From Octopus sinensis (lineage: Eukaryota), in the NCBI RefSeq assembly GCF_006345805.1, contig NC_043004.1, positions 74,090,001 through 74,154,000 of the forward strand: DNA of 64,000 bases, given 5' to 3'. Each line of letters begins with the position of its first letter. The first letter of the stretch is position 1. The notes beneath the pieces are model-generated. The model was given only the letters and a program-made list of their open reading frames with translations, was not told the DNA's origin and made no database searches. Shown here in pieces: positions 54,505 to 64,000 of the stretch. The position numbers and the translations under genes are program-made.

Positions 54505-56324
54505 GTGTGTGTGCGCGTGTCTGTCAGAATAATAATTTGTGCAGATGAATCCGTCATGTAAATCGAATCTACTATACTATTATTACTTGTTAGTTCCGCA
54601 GATTCCTTTTTATTCAACAGCCATAGCCTGATGCTTGAAATCAATCTATTCACCACCCAACTCACGACCTTCACTTTTCGAAAACGTCTATTTCATATAA
54701 TTAAGCAATGCACTCATTTTTACTTTCGGTGACCATATTTCATTGCTTCGTTTCCTTTTGTAACTTTATTCCTCTCATGTGTGTGTGATAATATTTTTTA
54801 TTAATTTTTATTTCTCGTCGTCCATTGGAAGACGAGTTTACACTATTCTACGCTTCTCACTAATAAGTATACCAGTTACATTTGAAGTGCTAAACAAAAA
54901 CACTTCGTAACGATGAAGTTTGTTATTTATATCCATTTGCATATAATTTTCTTTTGAATATTATAATGCATTACAGGAGTTTTAAATAAAGTTCTAATTC
55001 ACACGCACCGTATATTTGTTCTCGTTTTTAAACGCTATTTTTTGTTTACTCTTTTGTAACGTAGTTAACGAATATATTTATCGTCTGCCTTTCTTACATG
55101 CTGGTTGTAAGCAAACCAGTGAATTTGTTTCTCATCTACTACTTCATGGGCGCATATTTTTCAGTGAACATTCGTGTTCACACATCCACGTTACTTATTT
55201 GAACAATTTCTTACATTATGTTACATTTGAATAATTTCTTACATTATGTTACAGAGAAGAATTTGAAGTTGAACACATGACGATACATTTTATAGAAATT
55301 TTAAGAGGGGAGTAGAAAGAAAGTAAAATGCTGAAAGAGATAAAGTGGCGTGAAAACGACAAGAGATAGGGAGAGAGGAAAAGACAAAATCGAGAAAGAA
55401 AAGAGAGAGAAACATTGTAATTAAAGAAAGATAGAAAGAAATAAAGAACAGAAGGAAAGTGTGACTGAACTGGACAAACATAAAAGGATAAAAATGTGCG
55501 AAGATATACAAACGATAAATATGAAAGAAATATCAAAGACAAAACATTCAAATAATAAGATAGATAAATAAAACTAGATAGAAAAAGCGAATAGAATGAA
55601 AGAGGAAAATGCGTGGGAAAAAGAGAAAATGAGGAGAAGAGAGTGTGGGAAAAGGGAGTGTATTGAAATAGTCAGCTTAAACGTTCGAGCCCTGGTCTCC
55701 TGAGCCTTATTTGTAGAATGATACTTTAGTGGAGATGCACGCCACCGATAGAATAAGGCTACAGTATAGAGAAAAATAGGCCAGCCACCGGTAGACCGGT
55801 GTTACGGGCTCAAAGCATTAACACGACTTTACAATATACACCAGTTATAATGTTTACAAAGCAGATGAATGCAACAGTTTCAGCCTAACAAAGAGCTACT
55901 ACATACCATTGACTCACTTCTGATCATCGTTGGAGTTGATTCACGACTGCTACTAAGAAACAATGGGTAATTTGGTTTGATGTGGGGTAATAATTATTTC
56001 TATTCTAAGTACAAGGCCTTGAAAATTTCGGAAGGAAGGGGGCTACTCGATTACATCGAACCCAGTTGGTAACTTTTACTTATTTCATCGACCGCGTAAG
56101 GATGAAAAGCTAAGTCGACCTCGACTGAATTTGAACTCAGAACGTAGCAGCAGACGAAATACTGGCGTGCTAATGATTCTGCCATCTCACTGCCCTACTA
56201 TGGGACAATCATATTACATTTTAATAATAATAATAATAATAATATTATATGGACGAGATTGAAAGGACTGAAAACAGTTATATTCCTCTTCTGCCAAGCC
56301 CTCATTGTTTTTTTCATGTTCCAC

Positions 56325-56795
56325 TTGATCTTAACTGATGGAAGTGTTACCATGTACATTGTTTTGCCTTGGTATAAAAGATGGGTTACTGCAAATATTC
56401 TGCTCAATACCACAGATTTGCTTGTCAGTTGTTTGGCCTTAAACCAGTTGCGAATGTCCCTTGGTAGCTGACAATATGTGCATCTCTGGTCACAAGCAGA
56501 AATAGTGAGGGAGCATCATAGCCATGTGTTGAGAGAATCTTTTTGGAAGGGGCTTAAATAATTCAACTCTGGAAACATGAGGGGTCGTTCGTTCATCAGC
56601 CTTAAACAAACTTTATTCAGAGGCCTTTTGGGCGGAATGGGCTACTCAACCTGATGATAGTTCTAACTGGGCCCCACCTGCAAGGTCATGCGCCATTTAT
56701 AAGATCACCAATTCGCGCTCATGTGGTTGTGATGCATGTGCCTTGTGCACCCATATCAGATGAGAGGTCATGATGGGTATATTGGGTTTCGTATA
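56325..56795 (+). mobile_element. SINE-like repeat (family C)
   Basis: Reverse-complement similarity to 59205-59757, e.g. GATGGGTATATTGGGTTTCGTATA versus ATATACGAAGCCCAGTATACCCATC. Confidence 0.65.
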
Positions 56796-56865
56796 ATTGT
56801 ACTCCAAAGTCACTTTCATGGTATACGCTGCTCTCTCACTCAATAATATTAATATTCATAATAAT

Positions 56866-56914
<49 letters not shown>

Positions 56915-56924
56915 GTAGTAGTAC

Positions 56925-56995
<71 letters not shown>

Positions 56996-57039
56996 TCCTT
57001 TTCCTCTCTGTCTTTCTTCCTCTTTTTCTCTATCACATG

Positions 57040-58960
57040 TCTTTGTAAATGAACGATATGGTGTCTTTATTTTCATGGCCTATCAAGTATACTGTGAGTA
57101 TCTCTAGGTGTTCATGAAGATACTGAGGTTATTCTCAAATAACCAGAGACAGTTTTTTAAGAGCTTAGGAGGAAATACAGAATATGATATACCTCCTGAA
57201 GCAGAGGAAACCCGCCAATTTTGGAATAACATCTCGGGCAAGAAGTTTCGCAGAACCACGTGGTTGAGTGGATTCATTCCGTGCGATCCAAATTCCTTCA
57301 CCCGAAGGCATTACGACAGGGCCATTTGCTCATAACAATGGATGATGTAATTTCACAGGTATCAAAAGGGCCAATCTGGAAAGCGGCAGGACCAGACTAA
57401 ATTCAAGGCTGGCTCAAGTGGTTTAGATAAACTCACAAGCGAATTGCGTTGCAATTAGACAATTGCCGGAAAACAATCTTCTGCTAGTAGAACAAAAGGA
57501 TGACCAAAATGATCCACGTGCACCAAGGACCACCGTGTGATAGACAAAGTTGTAATGAAGATATGTAAACGGTAGCAAAAAGACTTCTGCATGACCTGCA
57601 TAAACTTTAAAATGACTTACGACATGCTGCCGCATTTGTGGATTTTAGAAACACTTGACATGTGAGGAATAGCTGAGAACATGCGCTCACTGATTAGGAA
57701 CAACATGCCTTGTTGGAAACCACGTCTTTTCTATAATAACTAGCACTTAGCCGAGGTAACAAACAAGAGGTATCTTCCAGGAAGACTCTTGTTTACCTCC
57801 GTTATTTGTTATAGCGTTGATTCCACTTTCTGAAGTCCTACGTAAAGTCATCGCGCACTATGAGCTGAGAGAGAACCGACCACGTCTCAACCACCTTCTG
57901 TTCATGGATGATTTAAAACTTTTTGCAAAACAAAGACTGAAATGGAGAGGCTGGTTGAGACTATACAGATGTGCAGCAAGGATACAGGGATGGGATTTTT
58001 TATCTTGAAGTCTGCGGTGATCAGATTGTAAGGGCATAGAATTGCTAAACGGAGTAAAGGTGTAAAGGTGGATGTTGTCTGATTAGCGTACAGGAGTGCA
58101 TCAACAGTGAAAAACGAAGCATGGCGAAATATTTGGTAAACAGTAAACAAGACCTGCCACAGTATGCTGCTAATGCAGAAGGATATACCAAAAGTGGCCT
58201 TGAGAGTGCTTTTGAATACCAATGATGAATAGCCAACGATAGAGAAGAAATCCTACTCCAAATGGAATTACATAGTCAGTTCCACCGTGAAACTAACAAA
58301 TTAAAAGAACAGGAAGCATCATGGATGTGGCTCAGCAAAGGCAAACTAAAATGAAGACCGAAAGCCCAGGACCAAGCATTGGATAACAGCTCTGTGAAAA
58401 GGGATATCTACCATAAAAGAGCATGAACCTATGCAGACTGAGTCGGAAGTGGATCGAAAGCGTGACTCACGTTGTTATTTCTTGTGAAAGTTTTATGCAG
58501 AAAGACGATAAGCGAGAGACACGACAAGGTAGCCCGAAACCTTGACTGGCTACTATGCTGGAAGTATGAATATAAGGTAACGTGTGCTTGGTACCAATAT
58601 ACACTGGAAGAGATAATGGATGAAAAGGGGTAGGTAAGAATCCCCTGGACTGGTGACTTCCAGACAGACAAGGTGTTAGTGCACCCAAGGCAAATATAGT
58701 AACCTGTAAGAGAGATAAACAAGAATACCTAATAATCAACGTGACAGTGCCAGGAGATCAACATATCATCTTGAAAAGAAGAGAAAAGATTGATAAATAT
58801 GGAGACCTGGGAATTGAGATCAGCAAGATGTGGCAGCTACGAGAGTCAAACATAAAGGTTGTCCCTAATGTCATCGGAGCACTGGGTTTCAATATCACCC
58901 AACCTGAAAAAAAACATCTGTAAACGTTAGAAATGCCCTGCAAAAATCGATATTACTTGG
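57040..58960 (+). mobile_element. Degenerate R4/Dong-like non-LTR retrotransposon (RT + RLE)
   Basis: FWNNISG, KAAGPD, LIPLSEVLRK, LNHLLFMDDLKLFAK, VTVPGDQHI..KIDKYGDL..VVPNVIGALG. Many stops and frameshifts. Confidence 0.85.
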
Positions 58961-59126
58961 AACTGCATGCATATTGCGTTAAGTTCTGTCAGTCTGTGGT
59001 CCTTATTGTGACTTAAAAGACAGTACAATTCTCCGGTAGACACAATATCTTCAATCAACAACCTCACGATAGTTTATACTGTATGACGACTATAATGATA
59101 ACAACAACAACAACAACAACAACAAC

Positions 59127-59162
<36 letters not shown>

Positions 59163-59166
59163 TTTA

Positions 59167-59204
<38 letters not shown>

Positions 59205-59757
59205 GTGAGTGAGAGAGCAGTGCATGCCATCAAAGTGACACTAGGGTAAAATATACGAAGCCCAGTATACCCATCATGACTACCAATCTGATAAGGGTAC
59301 ACTAGGCACATGCATCACAACCATATGTGCGCAACATGGTGATCTCATATCAAGATAAACAGCACAAGACCTTGCAGGTGGGGCGCAGTTAGAATTTTCT
59401 TCTGGTCAAGTAACCCATCCTGCTCAAAAGGTCCCTGAATAAGGGTTGTTTAAGGATGTTGAACGAACCACCCATGTTTCCAAAGGTGAATTATCCAAAC
59501 CTCTAACAATTCCTTTCAGCACACGGCTAACATGCTCCCCAACTACTTCTGCTCATGATCAGCATGCACATATCGTCAGCCACCAAAGAACATGCTCAAA
59601 TGGTTAAGGTCAAGCAACTGACAAGCAAATCTGTGGGTATTGAGCAGAATATTTGTTGTATAGCCCATCTTTTATATCAAGACAAAACAATCTACATGAT
59701 AACACTTCCAATCAGTTAAGATCAGAAGCCGCAAAGCCACTGCCTGGTACTGCATCA
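59205..59757 (-). mobile_element. SINE-like repeat (family C)
   Basis: Inverted homologue of 56325-56795, bounded by (AAT)n tracts. Confidence 0.65.
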
Positions 59758-59929
59758 TTTTATTGTTGTTATTATTATTATTATTAATGATTATTTTATT
59801 ATTATTATTTTTTTTTTTTTTTCTTCTTCTCAAATTTGCTTCATTCTTGCCGAGTGTCTTCCCGACTCCTAGGGCAAAGAAACTCATAGTATACATTGTT
59901 AGGCCATTAACCCAAACTCAGTAGTTCTT

Positions 59930-60800
59930 TCATTTTTTAATTTTTTTTAAAGTTAAATTAAAATACATGAGCAGCAACAGTTCTCACATCGACAATGCTC
60001 TTCTCAATACGTGTGATGTACCAGTTTAGACAATCTTTTGCACTTCTTGCAGGGATGGTAGCAGGGATCATTCTCATTAATTTTCGGTTCCCTTCTTGAT
60101 CATTCCTAATGCTCCTACGATCACTGGTATTGTAACCGCCTTGAGATGCCACATTTTCTCAATTTCAATGAGTAGGTCTTTATATTTCTGAGCTTGTCAA
60201 ACTCTTTCTTTCGCTGAGATATTATGATCACAGGGGATCTCATTGTCGATCAATAAGCAAAACTTTATTGTTTTGTTCTTTCACAACTATCTGGTTTATT
60301 GGCCTTTGTAACCGCCTTGAGATGCCACATTTTCTCAATTTCAATGAGTAGGTCTTTATATTTTCTGAGCTTGTCAAACTCATTCGCTGAGATATTATGA
60401 TCACAGGGGATGCTCATGTCGATCAATAAGCAAAACTTTATTGTTTTGGTCTTTCACAACAATATCTGGTTTATTGGCCTTGATGGTTCGGTCTGTATGT
60501 ACTGGAAAGTCCCACAGAATGGTTACATTTTCCTTCAGTTACAGCCTCAGGGGTGGTGATTATACCACTTGTCGGCAGTTTTGATATTGTAATGCCGACT
60601 TATTAGCCAGTGGAGATATTGGCCAAACTCTGTCATGTCTTAATTTATACTCCACTGGTGCTAAGACTTTACATCCAGAGATTAGGTGGTCCACTGTTTC
60701 AATCATGTCGTTGCAGAGAATCGGCATTTTGGGGGTGCTCCATTTTCATCACATTGGCCTGGTAGGTCCGGGTAATAGGCTTTGATCTTGAGCAGCCAGG
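59930..60800 (-). mobile_element. R4/Dong-like RLE C-terminal fragment with a 176-bp internal tandem duplication
   Basis: HPGCS..HDRV..ILWDFPVHTDRTIKANKPDIVVKD..KYKDLLIEIEKMW. 60131-60306 is repeated at 60307-60481. Confidence 0.75.
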
Positions 60801-60850
60801 ATGTGAAACCTTCGCTCTCTCACACACATATAAATAATATATATATATAT

Positions 60851-60921
<71 letters not shown>

Positions 60922-60939
60922 GTTACATATATCATATAT

Positions 60940-61250
60940 CACCGTGATCACATGATAGACCAGGCTATCAGATGTTGCTACACATCGCTGGTTACATTGC
61001 GCTTCGCATTGTTTTAGCTTTCAAATGACGCCACCCCCCGCCGTTAGCTAAGCGAGCAGGCCAACAGAAGAAAGTGAGGTGAAAGAAAGTTGTGGCCAAA
61101 GTCTACAGCAGGGATCGCCACCACCCCTGCCGGAGCTTCGTGGAGCTTTAGGTGTTTTCGCTCAATAAACTCACAACGCCCGGTCTGGGAATCGAAACTG
61201 CGATCCTACGACTGCGAGTCCGCTGCCCTAACCACTGGGCCATTGCTCCC
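60940..61250 (-). mobile_element. tRNA-derived SINE (family D)
   Basis: Head GCAATGGCCCAGTGGTTAGGGCAGCGGACTCGCAG...TTTCGATTCCC has A and B boxes and is followed by a non-tRNA body. Confidence 0.75.
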
Positions 61251-61260
61251 CCCCATCTTC

Positions 61261-61310
<50 letters not shown>

Positions 61311-61659
61311 CATACACACACACACACACAACTTGACTATTATTGATTCTGATAAAATATTAATCTCTAATACCATCACATAGTTACAAATCTTCAGAAA
61401 GCTTATAATATTTGACTGGGCTGTGTTTTATGTAACGCCCAAAAAATGACGTGTAACTTCAACTTAAGCGGTATTCATGCTAAAATCATGAAAACCATTA
61501 AGTAAATACTACAACGTTGTGACGACTCTCCACTCCAAAAACTCTATTCACACAAATTAACAGAACGAGAAAAATGCTATCTTCAGGTGTACCAGCTCTT
61601 ATTAAAATCTGTAAATAAATCAATAACATCATGATAAAATTAACAAAAAGCAAACAATA

Positions 61660-61727
<68 letters not shown>

Positions 61728-61889
61728 ATATAGATAGATAGATAAGAAAGTTGGTTTGTGAAAACACGTGGTGAATATATAGAAATAGTAAAGAGTGAAA
61801 AACGACAGAAGACTTTTAAATGTTAAAAATATATATATTTGCGTATCAATATGTCTGAAGAATATTAGAAAATAAAAAAAAAATTTTTT

Positions 61890-64000
61890 TCTCTTATAAT
61901 GACATAATTTTTAAAGAAAGACCGGTTTCGCGCTTGTAGCTTTTCAAATGGGCCTCCACAAAAATGAGGAAAAATTTAAAAGCATAGACGAGGAGATGCA
62001 CAATATAATACTGAAACATACCGAGGGACAACCCCTCGAAAATACATTAGATCATTGGAAGGATACCTGTGAAAAAGAAGAGAGAAATTCTCTCCTACGC
62101 TGGGAGAAAAACATGGACTTCTTCCAAAAATATAGTGCAACTTTCAAAAATGAATGGGGGTACAAATAATCCCTTCCTTAAGAAAATTACAAAAAATAAA
62201 AAAGAAAAACCAAACAATCCACGAACAACCCCTAACTATCCTCATACACTAAAAACAGAAATCCCCCACAACCAACTTTGAAACCACGCAAGACCTACAG
62301 GGAACTAGCTGACAGAGGACGCGTCTATGAAATAAATTACACCAAAAACAGAACACACCAACAACATCCTAATACCAGACCCAACCACCATACAGCACAA
62401 AACGACACTAGAATAAGAAATACACCACACACAAGTCGCTACTACCCCATGAACCAAAACTACTGGCACCCCACTAAACACAAGACAAACACAAAAAAAC
62501 ACTATGTCAAGCAACATCCCACATACAAGCAGTTCGAAACAAAAATATTCCCATACAGAAATTTCACACACACCAACAAAACAATAAACAACCATAGATT
62601 CCCAACACACACAAACGATCGGGGGCAAACAATACCACCACTCCCCGACCAAATATCACACAACCTCACAGACAACTCATACAAACAAAATTACACCCAA
62701 CATTTTTTAGCCAGGGACCAGGGACACCAGGACACAGGCTGGAACCTAGTAATAAGGAAAAACCGAAGATAATCAATCTTTCAACAAACCTCTTTCTAAC
62801 ATAAAAATTGACATCCTCTCAAAAGGGTTCAAATTTACACCAACTCCACGCAGAGCCAACCTAAATGAAATCAAGGATAATATAACAGAATTTTGCAGAA
62901 ATTAAGACTAGCAGAAGCATCAACCAGTTTCAATACTGAAGATGAATCACTAGTCAAGAACAAAAGTGAACACATCCCACACAGAGGAAGAAATAAAGAT
63001 CTTGACGAATTCTGTAACCACATTGAGACTTCCCCTACCATACTATACATAAACAGAAAGCTAACTCAAATTTTAACACTACACAATGGAAAGAACTGAT
63101 AGAACTTCAAAATGATGAGGATATAACCATTAAGGAAGCAGGACAAGGGAAATGCAGTTGTAATAATGGATACATCATACTACAGAAATCTTGATTCCTT
63201 ACTTGATGACGACCTACATTATGAAAACATTACCAACTACACCCCACAAAAAATAATGAAAACTCTATCTTCACTAATTAAAACCCATGAAAAAGAACTA
63301 ACAACCAAAGAGATTGACTTCCTAACAAACTAACAAACCAAAGAAGAATTGACTTCCTAAAAAACTTTAAAATGCAAAAACCTTAAGCTTTTCTATGGTC
63401 TGCCAAAAAATTCATAAAAGTCAAATTATTTATAAAATGAAAATCATTAACAAAATCACCAAAGACAACATACACCACACCTAACCCCGGGGGGGACCTA
63501 AAACTACGACCCATTGTAGCTGGCCCAACCTGTGAAACACACAGATAAGTCTACTTATGGACATCCTCCTGAAACCCTTCCTAAACATATCGATAGCCAT
63601 ATCAGAGATGACTTAGATATGTTAAACCACCTTCCAAAAAAAGCCAAAAGAAGAGGAAGAAGAAACAATCCTGGTTTCATTTGATGTAGTCAACTTGTAT
63701 ACCAATATACCTCATAATTATGGACTGGAGGCAATACAGTTCTGGTTAGACCAATTCCGGAAGAAATACCAAAAAGGATCAGTAAAGAATTCATTACTAA
63801 ATCAATTGAATTCATCCTACACAATAACCACTTCATGTTTGACAATACATTTTACCGTCAAAAATTCGGAATTGCTATGGGTACAAGGGCAGCACCAGTC
63901 ATTGCGATCATTGCGAACTTAACAATGGGATACATGGAAATAATCATTTACCAGGAATCTTTATCATTTTGGAAACCCCCTCTCTCAATACATAAAAAGA
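61890..64000 (+). mobile_element. Degenerate Penelope-like element (N-terminus and RT), running off the window end
   Basis: LSKGFKFTPTP, IKEA(D)KGNAVVIMD, FYGLPK, LRPIVAGP, LVSFDVVNLYTNIPH, GIAMGTRAAP, ANLTMGYME. Many homopolymer indels. Confidence 0.85.

Noticed and set aside
61185-61250. tRNA gene
   Set aside because: It has A/B boxes but no complete cloverleaf and continues into a repeat body, so it is a SINE head.
61500-61595. Minus-strand CUGAAGA...ACAACGUUGUA near the last Penelope element
   Set aside because: GAAA reads GUCA and no convincing helix II forms.

Overview
AT-rich, microsatellite-dense eukaryotic DNA. The SINE and LINE families and the (TA)n/(TATG)n/(GATA)n load suggest a coleoid cephalopod, probably octopus (inference). 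No supplied ORF gives a complete host gene, but two can be assembled by hand from phase-consistent splice sites. (1) The last two exons of a + strand gene ending in a Death domain (3015-3086, 4571-4770). (2) A five-exon + strand gene (36468-49481, about 247 aa) encoding a predicted secreted protein with an N-terminal Cys-rich PAN/apple-like module and an unnamed C-terminal domain; possible decayed paralogues lie at about 26.5-27.6 kb. The rest is mostly mobile DNA: a near full-length frameshifted RTE LINE, a nearly intact Penelope-like element (RT + GIY-YIG, one 1-bp frameshift), two more Penelope-like remnants, R2/Hero-like, R4/Dong-like and Tx1/L1-like relics, a Chapaev-type transposase fragment, a non-autonomous Helitron and many tRNA-derived SINEs. 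The most notable features are RNA-level. Six hammerhead ribozyme cores from three sequence families lie within 6.7-20.7 kb; all cleave at GUA and have a palindromic helix III, and one has an unusual 14-bp helix II with a structured insert. A SINE trimer appears to have inserted as a single event inside a perfect 16-bp target-site duplication. Two long hairpins flank exon 3 of the PAN-like gene. I cannot establish a previously undescribed system from sequence alone; these are testable candidates. Homopolymer indels, especially after 62 kb, may partly be assembly errors.
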